The translations under genes and the position numbers were made by a program. The notes under the pieces were generated by a model. That model worked only from the letters and a program-made list of their open reading frames with translations. It was not told where the DNA came from and ran no database searches. From IMG/VR virus record IMGVR_UViG_3300040802_000094, positions 1 through 64,000 of that record: a DNA stretch of 64,000 nucleotides; one strand, 5' to 3'. Positions 47,707 to 57,820 of the stretch are shown here, one piece after another. The stretch comes from a virus. Position 1 is the stretch's first letter; each line of letters begins with the position of its first letter.

Positions 47707-49140
47707 ATGTCTTTTGAGATTATTTCGGCAGTCAACGCAACGAAAGACGCGATCGACGAATACGAACGCAATTTAACCGAGAGGATTTCGGCGATCGTCG
47801 CCGAAAATAACGAAAATTTTGACGTGACGACTCCCGCAACGTGGCAGTCGTACGACGACAACTTCTTCGAGCGCTACTACAAAGGACTGTGGCATTACGG
47901 GATAAACATTTTTGAAGCGAGAAAACTCAACCCTCGGACGTGGGACCTTACCGACCTGCATCCTCGACTGGAGGGGAATTACTCGATCGCCTCGGCAGGC
48001 GATCGCCTGATCGTCGGCAATTACTACAACGAAGGATCCTACCGCTACCCCGTCTTGGCGAAGATCGATCCCAAGAACTTCCACGACGGCAGCAGCGTTC
48101 TCGCGCTTTACCAACTGAGTTCCAACTATCCCGTCTGCGGGGGCGAGTTCGCTTTCGACGGGAACTGGATCTACTTGTCTCCGTGGTACCAATTGGGCGG
48201 ATCGGGGAGCTACTCGGGGTTGTTCCTGCGCGTCCGGTACGACGACTTTTCTACGGTGGAGTATATAAACCTCCCCGGAATTGACACGAAGTATCGAGGG
48301 TTTCGCTCCGTCGCCTGCGTCGGAAATTACGTTTACCTCCTCGGCGGCTACCATTCTTCCGCCGATATGGGCGCCACCATCCACGCATACCATCAGTCCT
48401 TGGTGATTCGCGCGGACGTCAATAACTTTACCGCCGACGGGGTTGTGGCGATCGATTGCAAGGAGATTCTCAACAATCCTCGGGTTTCACGCCTCCATGG
48501 CAGCACGACGCACCGAGGTAGGATTTACGCGATCGCCTACCAGCCCGGAGAAAGTGGAATCGTCGAAATCGATCCGGCCAAATTTCCCGATCCGGACTGC
48601 ATTCGCTACCTTTGCCTCGACGACATCTGCGAAGAAAAAATTCAGGCGCTCGGGTTGACGAGTCTCGACCCCTACGAGAATGCCTTGGCCTTGGGAAGCT
48701 ACCTCAGCAATTTCCTCGCCAAAGTCAACCTAGACGATTTTCCTTCGCCGGATTGCGTTAAATTAATGCGAATGCCGATGCCTCTGGCGGGGTTTGGGGA
48801 TTCGCCACGCAGTGCGGGCGTTTGGAACAATCGGAACCCCGTATTGGCGACACTCCCGATCGTCGGCGGTAGCAGCGACTGGGGAGTGTATTGGCTGCCC
48901 AGTCAAGCTCGCCCGGGGTTCCTGGTGCGACACCGCCTCAACAACCATCCCAGTGGCTACTACAACGCCCCTTTCAACTGGGCCAGAGGATTTAGCAACC
49001 TGGCCATCAGCGACCTTTCGGAAATAAACGGGTTCTCTGGGTGCGGCGGTGGCGCCGTCTATCTCGACGGATATATCTACGGTTTGGGCTACAGCGACAG
49101 TACGCCAAGTTCGATGTTGTTACAACTGACTCCGTTTTAG
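47707..49140 (+). CDS. Beta-propeller repeat protein 3
   Basis: AFDGNWIYL, DLTDLHPRL, YLDGYIYG. Confidence 0.75.
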   Translation: MSFEIISAVNATKDAIDEYERNLTERISAIVAENNENFDVTTPATWQSYDDNFFERYYKGLWHYGINIFEARKLNPRTWDLTDLHPRLEGNYSIASAGDRLIVGNYYNEGSYRYPVLAKIDPKNFHDGSSVLALYQLSSNYPVCGGEFAFDGNWIYLSPWYQLGGSGSYSGLFLRVRYDDFSTVEYINLPGIDTKYRGFRSVACVGNYVYLLGGYHSSADMGATIHAYHQSLVIRADVNNFTADGVVAIDCKEILNNPRVSRLHGSTTHRGRIYAIAYQPGESGIVEIDPAKFPDPDCIRYLCLDDICEEKIQALGLTSLDPYENALALGSYLSNFLAKVNLDDFPSPDCVKLMRMPMPLAGFGDSPRSAGVWNNRNPVLATLPIVGGSSDWGVYWLPSQARPGFLVRHRLNNHPSGYYNAPFNWARGFSNLAISDLSEINGFSGCGGGAVYLDGYIYGLGYSDSTPSSMLLQLTPF

Positions 49141-49141
49141 T

Positions 49142-49363
49142 ATGAAGGTTAAAGTTACTGCCGAAGGCAGAATTTACTACTCCGGCCCCAACGGGGATAA
49201 AACGATTCCCCCCGAACTTTTGGGGTACCCCACGGACGACCTTCGTTACGACGAAGGTTCGAGCCAATTTATTTACGACCCAATTCCAAAAGACCGATTT
49301 CCCCGACAACCCATTTCACCCTCGGAGATCGATCCGGCCCTCCACCCAGAAGGACTGCCATGA
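49142..49363 (+). CDS. Small hypothetical protein
   Basis: 73 aa, tightly coupled on both sides. Confidence 0.6.
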   Translation: MKVKVTAEGRIYYSGPNGDKTIPPELLGYPTDDLRYDEGSSQFIYDPIPKDRFPRQPISPSEIDPALHPEGLP

Positions 49364-50142
49364 CTTCAATCGTCCCGCTCCCTTTTTACGAAGTGGGAGG
49401 ATCTCGTCCCTCCCCTTCTCGGCTGCTGGAGACGGCGATCGCCCTTCTCGCGCTCCAGCAGCCGAGACCGCGCCCTCCCGCCAGGAAAGAAGACGATCGC
49501 CTTTGCATTCCCGTCAAAACGATCGAAGCCATCCCTCAATTTAGCGGGGTATCGCTTGCCGGAACCGACGGCAATTACCTTACCGCCAAGAAAAGGAGCA
49601 ACCTTTCCGAAATCGTCTTGGGGATTAACGAGCGCCCTCTCGAAGAGAACCAAATCGGAGAAGTTGTTCGAGAAGGGTTGTTGTGGGAGGAAGTCACCCC
49701 TCCTCAAGATGGGAAGATCGGTGCTTACGTCATGGTTGACGAAGCGGGTCTTCTCAACTACGACCGGGGGGTGGTCGTGGGAATGTACCTCGGGAAAAAC
49801 CGCATTTTTATCGACCCGTCGCTCAAATCCGACGATCGCGCCATTAAAGAATTGTTAGAAAATCCCCCCGAAGGCTTTTCAGGGGACAGCCTTCGGGCTA
49901 TCTTGGATCAGATGGCTGCGGCGATCGCCAAAGGACAGACCTACGTCTACGAGTTTGCTTCCCCCGCGCAAACCTGGATGATCGACCATCCCCAGAAGGA
50001 ATATCCTTCGGTCGAGGTGTATCTCTGGAATCCACTTTCGGAATCCTTTGAACATACGATGGCAAATATCGAGCAGCCTTCTTCGACCTCGACAGTGATT
50101 TTGCTGTCGTCCCCAGAATCGGGAAAGGTCCACCTTACCTGA
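49360..50142 (+). CDS. Virion decoration/fibre-associated protein
   Basis: C-terminal AQTWMIDH...YPSVEV...SGKVHL module common in phage fibre proteins. Confidence 0.6.
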   Translation: MTSIVPLPFYEVGGSRPSPSRLLETAIALLALQQPRPRPPARKEDDRLCIPVKTIEAIPQFSGVSLAGTDGNYLTAKKRSNLSEIVLGINERPLEENQIGEVVREGLLWEEVTPPQDGKIGAYVMVDEAGLLNYDRGVVVGMYLGKNRIFIDPSLKSDDRAIKELLENPPEGFSGDSLRAILDQMAAAIAKGQTYVYEFASPAQTWMIDHPQKEYPSVEVYLWNPLSESFEHTMANIEQPSSTSTVILLSSPESGKVHLT

Positions 50143-50215
50143 TTCCTCAATAAACAAGAACCAGTAACGACGGCTCGATCGCTTTTGCGATGAGCCGTTT
50201 TCTTTGGAGAAAAAG

Positions 50216-51505
50216 ATGCTACTACGAACGCACTTAGTTGGCGACAACACCGTCGAGCTGCGCAACCTAAAAATTCGAGAGTCGGTAACGCTAGAGAGCG
50301 ATCCGACGGGAACTCCCGCTAACGGGTCGATCTTTTTCCGCAGTGGGGTCTTAATGGCCGCGCATCCCGATACCGGAGTGGAGTCCGCAGTGGATGCCGG
50401 GATTACGTCGATCGACGTTTCTCCGGCAGGCGGCGCCCTTTCCGCAGAACAAACGGGAAGGGCCGTCACTTTGACGATCCGCGACGCCTCGACGACGGAA
50501 AGCGGCGTGATGTCCTCCGCGTTTTACAATCTACTCAACGACGCGACCGAACTCGCCACTGCCGGAACCTTGGCCATTCGAGACGGATCCGGCAACGTCG
50601 CATTCAACGAAGTAACGAGCGTCAGAGTTACCGGGCTGAGTTCGCCGAGCGAGGCGAGCGACGCGACCAGCAAGGATTACGTCGATACCCAGCTTTCGAC
50701 TGCCGTCTCCGGACTGGCGCAAGGTCTCGCCGTCAAGCAGGCCGTCCGGGCAGTCGCCACGACGAACATCACCTTGAGCGGACTACAAACAGTCGATAGC
50801 GTCGTCCTGGCCGCAGGCGATCGCGTTTTGGCTGCGGGGCAAACCGACGCAACGACAAACGGTATTTATACCGTCGTCGATGGGGGAGCTTGGACGCGCT
50901 CTACGGATTTTGACGAGGATAGCGAAGTCGCGTCGGGAATCGTGGTCGCCGTGACGGAAGGTTCGACCTCCAACGCCGACTCTTTGTATATCTTGCAGTC
51001 CGACGGAACGCTGACCGTCGGGACTTCGGAGCTGAATTTCACCCACCTGGCAAAGCTGACGGACATCGCCGTTGGGGACGGGCTGTACAAAGTCGATCCG
51101 ACAACCTTGGCCGTGCAGGCTTACCACGGGATCGCGACGAGTGCCAATGGCGTTTCCGTTCAAGCGGCGGATTCGAGCCTCGTTGTCGATGCCTCGGGCG
51201 TGGCCGTCAACCCCACGTGGCTCGATACCCCGGCCAACTGGCTCTCCACGCCGAGCGCCCTCAACGACGCCCTTACCGACGAGTTTACCCAGGCGTTTGG
51301 CGACGGTACCAACACCGTCTACTCGATCGCTCACAACTTGAACGGCAATATCATCGATATGGACGTCGCGATCGTTCACGAATTGGCGACGCAAGAAGTG
51401 GTGATGTGCGACCTCGTTTCTACGGACGTCAACACGGTACAAGTGACGCTGACCTCCCCTCCCGCGAGCAATGCCTTTCGACTGAGACTCAAGAAAGCCA
51501 AATAA
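50216..51505 (+). CDS. Fibre/head-decoration-like virion protein
   Basis: DATSKDYVD...VKQAVRAVATTNITLSGLQTVD...DRVLAAGQTDATTNGIY...WTRSTDFD; GDGTNTVYSIAHNL. Confidence 0.82.
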   Translation: MLLRTHLVGDNTVELRNLKIRESVTLESDPTGTPANGSIFFRSGVLMAAHPDTGVESAVDAGITSIDVSPAGGALSAEQTGRAVTLTIRDASTTESGVMSSAFYNLLNDATELATAGTLAIRDGSGNVAFNEVTSVRVTGLSSPSEASDATSKDYVDTQLSTAVSGLAQGLAVKQAVRAVATTNITLSGLQTVDSVVLAAGDRVLAAGQTDATTNGIYTVVDGGAWTRSTDFDEDSEVASGIVVAVTEGSTSNADSLYILQSDGTLTVGTSELNFTHLAKLTDIAVGDGLYKVDPTTLAVQAYHGIATSANGVSVQAADSSLVVDASGVAVNPTWLDTPANWLSTPSALNDALTDEFTQAFGDGTNTVYSIAHNLNGNIIDMDVAIVHELATQEVVMCDLVSTDVNTVQVTLTSPPASNAFRLRLKKAK

Positions 51506-51506
51506 A

Positions 51507-51549
51507 ATGAAAGGGCGAGCGGATCGAATCGATCCGCTCGCCCTTTCAT
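51507..51549. terminator. Inverted repeat with 21-bp arms and 1-nt loop
   Basis: atgaaagggcgagcggatcga-a-tcgatccgctcgccctttcat right after a stop codon. Confidence 0.7.
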
Positions 51550-51588
51550 GAGCGTCGGGAACATATTTCGCTTCTAAGGAACAGGGCA

Positions 51589-52122
51589 ATGCCTATTTTC
51601 CCAAACGATTTAAAATTTCAAAACGGAACCACCCATTACAGGCAGGAAACCGAACCCGCTTCGCCCCAAGCCCAAGACGAGTGGCTGGATACGACACTCT
51701 CTTCACTGTTTAAGCGGTGGTACTGGGATGGAACCGACTGGCTGAGTTTAGATCCTTTTTTAATCAAAGAACACCTTCTGGTTTACGACGAGCTGAGTGC
51801 GGCGATGCTCGCACCGATCGCGAACCAAGCTTGCGCCTTGCAACGCATGGATCTGCGCTGGAATCTAGGGGGCGCCACGGATGCGAGCAATTATTGGAAC
51901 GTACGCGCAAAATCTTTTAAAGACGACGTCGAAACGACTCTCGGAACGGGAATCGCGATCGCCGACCAGCCTTCGGGGTGGGGGTCTTCCTCCGACTCCT
52001 TCTCGGGGGTGTTGGAGCCGGGAAATTTCGACCTCGTCACCGTGGAAATCTCTCCCGTAGGATCGCCTCCGGCTCCTCTGGAGATCTTTTGTACGCTGTT
52101 GTATCGAATCGTGAGGAGATAG
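51589..52122 (+). CDS. Fibre-tip-like protein (WxWDGTDW / DASNYW family) 1
   Basis: Matches the C-terminus of 7795..9588 and ORF 52127. Confidence 0.75.
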   Translation: MPIFPNDLKFQNGTTHYRQETEPASPQAQDEWLDTTLSSLFKRWYWDGTDWLSLDPFLIKEHLLVYDELSAAMLAPIANQACALQRMDLRWNLGGATDASNYWNVRAKSFKDDVETTLGTGIAIADQPSGWGSSSDSFSGVLEPGNFDLVTVEISPVGSPPAPLEIFCTLLYRIVRR

Positions 52123-52126
52123 GGAG

Positions 52127-52654
52127 ATGGCTAGAATTGCAAAAACGGCGGCAAAAAGGGACTACTACGGAGCGGACGCCAGGCAAGATACCGCTCCCGC
52201 CAGCCCCGGACTTTGGGATACCTGGGAATCGACTCAAGCGGGAGAGGCGATCCGACGGTGGCGATGGGACGGAACCGACTGGATTTCGGAAGGACACGCG
52301 ACGACGGAAACGCTGGAGATTTACTACGATACGGAGATCGACCTCGTCGATCCCACTACGGCCTACGACGTAGGAATGTCCGCCTGCTCTTTAGTCGTGA
52401 CGACGGAGTCCGCATCGGATGCCAGCAACTATTGGACGGTCGAAGTCTCTTCGGAAACTGCGGCAAACGGAACGCAATCGATCGCCGCCATTTCGACACA
52501 AAACCAAGGAGCGGGGACGCAGACGGGGGATTCGACCCCTTCAACTCGACTGACTGGAAGCGATCGCGTATTCCTTTCCGTCGTACAAACTGGGTCTCCC
52601 CCAACCCCAGTAAAAGTCAAAGTCACCAATATATATCACTGGATTCATGGCTGA
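52127..52654 (+). CDS. Fibre-tip-like protein (WxWDGTDW / DASNYW family) 2
   Basis: RWRWDGTDWIS, SDASNYWTV, GSPP. Confidence 0.75.
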   Translation: MARIAKTAAKRDYYGADARQDTAPASPGLWDTWESTQAGEAIRRWRWDGTDWISEGHATTETLEIYYDTEIDLVDPTTAYDVGMSACSLVVTTESASDASNYWTVEVSSETAANGTQSIAAISTQNQGAGTQTGDSTPSTRLTGSDRVFLSVVQTGSPPTPVKVKVTNIYHWIHG

Positions 52655-55600
52655 TTATATTTGCGCTCCTGACGGACTGGCGACGAACTCGGGAACCCTT
52701 GCCAGCCCCTGGAGCTTGACCAAAGGACTGACCGACGCGCAAGCCGGAGATCGCCTTCTTTTGAGGGGTGGGAAGTATTTCGAGGAACCGAGGCCGAGCA
52801 ACTTCGGGACGTCCGGCAATCCGATAACGATCGAGTCCTATTCCGGAGAGCGCGCGCGAATTACCAGTTTCGAGGAACTCGACAATCAAAACTGGACGGT
52901 TCATAGCGGAAATATTTACAAAATTCAGCTAGACGCGAGCTACTCTCCAGGACTGGGATACGAGCAGGTCGTCTGCGACGGCGTGTTGATGCCGGAGGCG
53001 CGATATCCCAGCCTTCCCGTCGGGCAGAGTGCGGCCAAAATGTATCGCGGCCTGATGGCGTTCATGGACGGGGCGACTTTCGACGACCAGCAAACGCCGG
53101 ATGGCGAAGGTTACTATTCGGTCACGATCCAAGATGCCAACTTAAACCAGTCGGCAGGATTTTGGGTGGGCGCGCAAGGAGTGATCGTCCCGGGACACGA
53201 ATGGCACGCTTACGAAATGTTCGTGACGGCCTCCGCTCCGGGATCGATTACGGCAAAGTACAAGTGGAACGGACTGAATACCGCGATCGCCAAGGCGGGC
53301 AATCCTTTTTGGCTGTGGAACAAACTCGAAATCCTCGATACGGAAGGGGAGTGGTACTTCGATCGCGACGGCGTCTACGGCCCCGCATACACCTTGTATT
53401 TTTATCCCCCTGGAGGCGCGATCGGAACCCAGGTTGTCGAGGTCAGAAAAAGTGCCTTTTTCCTAAACATTCCCGCGAACGCCGCCTATTGGGAATACAA
53501 GCACCTCGATTTTTACGGGATGGGGGTCGAGGTCCACGATACCGCGTCGAATATGTACTTTGAAGACATATTGATGCGGCTCCCGGCACACAACCTCGGA
53601 GGAACGAGCGACTGGAAGCGATCGGGAATCCGACTGAAAGGAAGCGATCACGTTTTCAAAAATTCTTCGGTTTTGGAATCGGCTTCGACGGCGATCGAAA
53701 TCAATTCTTCCAATTGCTTGATCGAGAATTGCGCGGTAGTGGATACGGGATACCTCGCCTTAAACGTAGAAGGGATTCAGTCCGGCGCCCTCTCGATCGC
53801 GAGTACGATTCGCTATTGCAGCGTCGCCCATTCTTCGGGTATCGGAATTTCTTGCTTGGGCGAAGACCTGACCGTCGAAAACTGTTACGTGACTGACTGC
53901 GGACGACAAAAAACCGATATCGGCGTGTTCAACGTTTACGGCGGCGGACACAGCAATAACGAGATCGCTTACAACTTCGCCAACGCGAACTCTATTTATA
54001 ACGAGTACAATCCCGACGAATCGAAGTGGGGTATTGTTTGCTACCGCATCGATAACGGCGGCGCCACGGAAGCCGGAAGTGGCTACAACTTTCACCATAA
54101 TTTAGGGATGTCGGCGACCACGGGCAAGCACGAAGGGTTTACCCTGTGGACGCTGCCCTCGACCGATCCTTACTACGGCAATTCCGGCAATAAAATTTAC
54201 AACAATACTATCTTCGGAACGTTTAATTTTCGCGATGGCGACGCGAACGGCCACGGCGGAACGGAGGTGAAAAATAATATTTTTAGCGGGTATGCCAACT
54301 TTGGCTCCGGGGAAATTCCGACGGGGGCGATCGTCGAAGACAACTTCTTTGCCGACACCGCAGTGACTGGGAACTTCACGGGGGATCCGGGATGGATCAG
54401 TCCGTGGGAAGGCAACTTCTTACTCAGAAGCGACGCTGCGGCGATCGACGCGGGACAGGTCCTCGCCGGATGGACGGACGGCTACTCGGGTTCGGCTCCG
54501 GACGTGGGGGCGATCGAATATGGCGCCTACCCCCCTTCTTACGGCGCTTACGAAATCGATATCGACCCGTCGTCCCTCACCTACGAAATCGATACGTCGG
54601 CAAAATCGAAAGTCAAGGTAACTGGCTTCGCGGAGGGACGGGGGTTGCCGCCGACGTTCCGGATAAAAGTGGGTGCCGGAGGGACGGCCAGCGATCGCTA
54701 CTACAACGTCCTCGAAGACTCCTACGCGATCCTGGATTTCGATCTGACGGGAGTAACTCAGCCCACGAATATCTTCGTCAGTGCGGATTCCGGTTCGACG
54801 TGGCACGACACGGGACTGGCGATCGATCCCAACCGCATTCAATCCACAGCATCCACCCCCAACGGAGATCCTCCCCCGATCGGAAGAGTAATCTCGCGTC
54901 CGGCCAAAAGCTTCGACGTGATTTGCCACGGTTCGCGATCGATCGCCCTCAATTTCAACGGAGACGGGACGTATACCCTCCAAATCCTGGGTAGGGGATT
55001 TCAGACAATCCCCGAACAACGGGTTCCTGTCACCGGATATTTCGAGGGATACTCCGACAAGTCCCCCTACCCTGCCCAAAACCCTCCCATCCTGCTGCGG
55101 CTCGATTCGACGCTGGCGGCGAGTGCCGGAATCAATGCAGAGGGGAGCAACGTCCGCGTTTTTTCGGAACACAAAGAATTCGATTACTGGGTGGAAACTC
55201 CTCCGGGGCGAGGAGGGGAATGCTTGATTTGGTTTAAAGAGAAAGCACTTAAAGATGCCAGCCTGGGGTATCCGACGTTTGAAGGCGAATCGGCAGGGGT
55301 TTGGTTGTCGATCCTCGACAGCCCGATTTCCGAAAGCAACGTTGACAACCTCTTTCCGATCTTCAATCGAGCCTCCCTGCGATCGTGGCTCAAGGGACAC
55401 GAGATGGATTTGGGATCGCTGGAAACCTGGAGTTCGGCCAAGCACCCGGGAACGAACGCGACGCTGAACGACGCAACCCAGCCCCTCGTTGCCAGCAGAC
55501 CTTCGGTGGTCGAGGGGGCGCTTAACGGCTTCCGCGAAGTCAGCTTTGACGGGAGTGACGATTGGCTCGACTTTGGAGACGTCATGGGCTTGGCAACGGA

Positions 55601-56150
55601 TATCACCGTCGCCCTAGTGTACCGAAATCCAGACCCGGGAACGCAGCTCTACCAGCGCATGTATTCCGCGAGCAGCGACTCTACCAGCGATTCTACCGGG
55701 ATCGCTGGATATACTAGTATGACGAGCGGCACGTCCAACGCCTACCCTGGAGGAGCCGTGCATATCGGTCGATATACGGCAAAAGATTGTGAAAATTTCA
55801 TCATCGGCGCCAGGAATAACGCCACGCACAGCAACGCTTACAAAGGAGCCTTTCCCGAGATCGTCATCTTTCAAGAACGTCTCGACGATACGGGGCGAGA
55901 CGCCTTGTACAGCTATTTAAGACCGAAATACGGGGTGGATGCGACACCTTTCGGGGAGGCTGGAGCGGATTTTTCTGGAGCGCGATCGCCTATCGAGGTA
56001 AAAGTCGGAGCGCAAGTCGTCCCCGTTGATTCAGTTTCCGGCGATTCGATCCAATCGACCTTCACTCCGACGGGGAGTGGAACGTTTGACGTGACGGTAA
56101 CGATGCCGGATGGGGAGGTTCTCGTGTATCAGGACGCGGTCTCGATTTAA
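52647..56150 (+). CDS. Tailspike/depolymerase-like protein: parallel beta-helix plus DUF2341-like plus LamG-like domains
   Basis: SGTLASPW...AGDRLLLRGGKY, GNKIYNNTI, VKNNIF, LRSDAAAIDAG, FDYWVE...IWFK, VSFDGSDDWL, YKGAFPEIVIF...YLRPKYG. Confidence 0.82.
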   Translation: MADYICAPDGLATNSGTLASPWSLTKGLTDAQAGDRLLLRGGKYFEEPRPSNFGTSGNPITIESYSGERARITSFEELDNQNWTVHSGNIYKIQLDASYSPGLGYEQVVCDGVLMPEARYPSLPVGQSAAKMYRGLMAFMDGATFDDQQTPDGEGYYSVTIQDANLNQSAGFWVGAQGVIVPGHEWHAYEMFVTASAPGSITAKYKWNGLNTAIAKAGNPFWLWNKLEILDTEGEWYFDRDGVYGPAYTLYFYPPGGAIGTQVVEVRKSAFFLNIPANAAYWEYKHLDFYGMGVEVHDTASNMYFEDILMRLPAHNLGGTSDWKRSGIRLKGSDHVFKNSSVLESASTAIEINSSNCLIENCAVVDTGYLALNVEGIQSGALSIASTIRYCSVAHSSGIGISCLGEDLTVENCYVTDCGRQKTDIGVFNVYGGGHSNNEIAYNFANANSIYNEYNPDESKWGIVCYRIDNGGATEAGSGYNFHHNLGMSATTGKHEGFTLWTLPSTDPYYGNSGNKIYNNTIFGTFNFRDGDANGHGGTEVKNNIFSGYANFGSGEIPTGAIVEDNFFADTAVTGNFTGDPGWISPWEGNFLLRSDAAAIDAGQVLAGWTDGYSGSAPDVGAIEYGAYPPSYGAYEIDIDPSSLTYEIDTSAKSKVKVTGFAEGRGLPPTFRIKVGAGGTASDRYYNVLEDSYAILDFDLTGVTQPTNIFVSADSGSTWHDTGLAIDPNRIQSTASTPNGDPPPIGRVISRPAKSFDVICHGSRSIALNFNGDGTYTLQILGRGFQTIPEQRVPVTGYFEGYSDKSPYPAQNPPILLRLDSTLAASAGINAEGSNVRVFSEHKEFDYWVETPPGRGGECLIWFKEKALKDASLGYPTFEGESAGVWLSILDSPISESNVDNLFPIFNRASLRSWLKGHEMDLGSLETWSSAKHPGTNATLNDATQPLVASRPSVVEGALNGFREVSFDGSDDWLDFGDVMGLATDITVALVYRNPDPGTQLYQRMYSASSDSTSDSTGIAGYTSMTSGTSNAYPGGAVHIGRYTAKDCENFIIGARNNATHSNAYKGAFPEIVIFQERLDDTGRDALYSYLRPKYGVDATPFGEAGADFSGARSPIEVKVGAQVVPVDSVSGDSIQSTFTPTGSGTFDVTVTMPDGEVLVYQDAVSI

Positions 56151-56350
56151 ATGCCAATCGACCCCTTGGCATTTTGTCGGCATCGATCTAAAATGATTCA
56201 AGATAAAAGAGAAAGTTAAATAAAAATTTAGAACTTTTCTTTCATTGTTCTCCTTTCTTGAACTAAAAGCCCGCCCCAAAAGGCGGGCTTTTGCTTTTGC
56301 AAGGATATAGAGAAAGAATAAAAATGGAACCTGAAGTAAAAAAGTGAACG

Positions 56351-56659
56351 ATGACAATAACGATAGAAGAGAAAAGAGCAAAATGTAAGGAGCTCATTGT
56401 ACGGATCCTTTCCAAAGGTGAGGAGATGACCGAAAAGGAAGTTTTCGATCGCCTAAAAGAAACCCATTTTTATGGGGAAAAGCGTCATCCCATATATGGA
56501 AAAGCGCTGGTAATCCGATCGCTAGAAGCATTAGAGGTCAAAGGAGTCGTTGCGGTCAGAAATGGAGATACCTATCGTGCAGGAAAAAGGTATTCCTTGA
56601 TTGAGTCTCGGAATCGGCAATGTTCTAACATATTGGAGTCGGGTAAATCGAGAGAATAA
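56351..56659 (+). CDS. Putative winged-helix DNA-binding protein
   Basis: IVRILSKGEEMTEKEVFDRL...VIRSLEALEVKGVV...RYSL. Confidence 0.5.
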   Translation: MTITIEEKRAKCKELIVRILSKGEEMTEKEVFDRLKETHFYGEKRHPIYGKALVIRSLEALEVKGVVAVRNGDTYRAGKRYSLIESRNRQCSNILESGKSRE

Positions 56660-56783
56660 AGAAACTTCTTGACGGAAATCCCGTATCCTCAAAAGGAAAA
56701 TGCCGGGAAAGAAATGGCATCCTAATATTTTTTGTGAACGAGGTAAAAGAATCTACAATAAGGAGGTAGTAACAAAAAAAAGA

Positions 56784-57104
56784 ATGAAAACCCCACACTT
56801 GCTGAGCAGACTGGACGGGAAAGAGAAGCGCCTTCTCTCGAAGGCAGAGGAAGAATTTCACCGGGATGACGCTAACAGGTGCAACATCAATGACTACCCG
56901 GAAAAGACGGGACTCCTTTGGCTCGCCAAAAGGCGGGTAGAGGAGGTTGTTGACTCATTCCTGAAAAGAGAGGGAAGCTGCCTGTATGTTTACAGACAGC
57001 TAAACCCTCTGGGGTCTTCTTTGTACGTGGGGCTAACGCCCCTCGACGACCAAAACTACGACACGGAAGGAATTTCGTGTCATGGTCTCGCAACCAATGA
57101 TTAG
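56784..57104 (+). CDS. Hypothetical phage protein
   Basis: ORF 56700..57104, likely ATG 56784; YVYRQLNPLGSSLY. Confidence 0.55.
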   Translation: MKTPHLLSRLDGKEKRLLSKAEEEFHRDDANRCNINDYPEKTGLLWLAKRRVEEVVDSFLKREGSCLYVYRQLNPLGSSLYVGLTPLDDQNYDTEGISCHGLATND

Positions 57105-57107
57105 TAA

Positions 57108-57153
57108 TTAAGCACAAACGCCGCACAGTCAACTGTGCGGCGTTTGTGCTTAA
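57108..57153. terminator. Inverted repeat with 22-bp arms
   Basis: ttaagcacaaacgccgcacagt-ca-actgtgcggcgtttgtgcttaa. Confidence 0.7.
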
Positions 57154-57170
57154 GCGGAAAATCCCAGAGA

Positions 57171-57578
57171 ATGGACGAAACAAAAGAAGACCAGACCAAG
57201 CCTATGAAGGGTAAAATTAAAGACATATCCTATTACCAGAAACACCCCTTACTGCCCTTGATACAAAAAGCAGTAAAAGGCGTCACACTTGCTAGAAAAA
57301 CGGCAGGCAAGCCTTCGTTCACGGCGACCGAGTTCGGAGCGATCGTCCTCATCGAATTGGTTGATGCAGAGTTCGACGAGAACTCCAGATTCTTTCACGT
57401 ACTCAAAACAGCGTGGGAGTCTGCAACAGGGGAAGAGATAAACGCTCAGTACCTCAAATCTCTGAAACGGGCAATCCAGTCCAACCAAAAGCCAAATATC
57501 GTTGCTTCGGCGATCGCGATGATCGCGCAAAGCTACCGCCAACGGCGCAAGCCCTGGTTGCGGCGACGGGCTATATGA
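57171..57578 (+). CDS. Hypothetical protein
   Basis: ORF 57135..57578; the GTG lies inside a hairpin so ATG 57171 is preferred. Confidence 0.55.
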   Translation: MDETKEDQTKPMKGKIKDISYYQKHPLLPLIQKAVKGVTLARKTAGKPSFTATEFGAIVLIELVDAEFDENSRFFHVLKTAWESATGEEINAQYLKSLKRAIQSNQKPNIVASAIAMIAQSYRQRRKPWLRRRAI

Positions 57579-57591
57579 TGTATAATTAAAG

Positions 57592-57787
57592 CATAGAAAC
57601 CGGGGTGGCGCCCGGTAGACCAAAAACGCCACTCCCGCAAGGGAGGTGTTACCAGGCTGAGCAACCTGAAAGCAAAACTGCTCTTTGCGCGCAAAATAGA
57701 AACGATAATAAAATATTTTGCACCGGGGTAGCGCCCGGTAGACCAAAAACGCCAAAGAGTCGTAGCATTCGCTGCGGCTCTTTTTTT
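57592..57787 (+). ncRNA. Candidate structured sRNA with two 33-nt repeats
   Basis: TTGCGG-17-TATAAT(57581); repeats 57599..57631 and 57722..57754; terminator gagtcgtagc-attc-gctgcggctc-T8. Confidence 0.55.
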
Positions 57788-57795
57788 GTGTCAAC

Positions 57796-57819
57796 CAAAT
57801 TGCAGACGTCTGCAATTTG
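57796..57819. promoter_or_regulatory. Palindrome AATTGCAGACGTCTGCAATT (copy 2)
   Basis: caaattgcagac|gtctgcaatttg. Confidence 0.75.
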
Positions 57820-57820
57820 A

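Noticed and set aside
57605-57820. 71-aa ORF with repeated APGRPKTP
   Set aside because: No RBS and it runs through a terminator and the palindrome; better explained as an RNA repeat.
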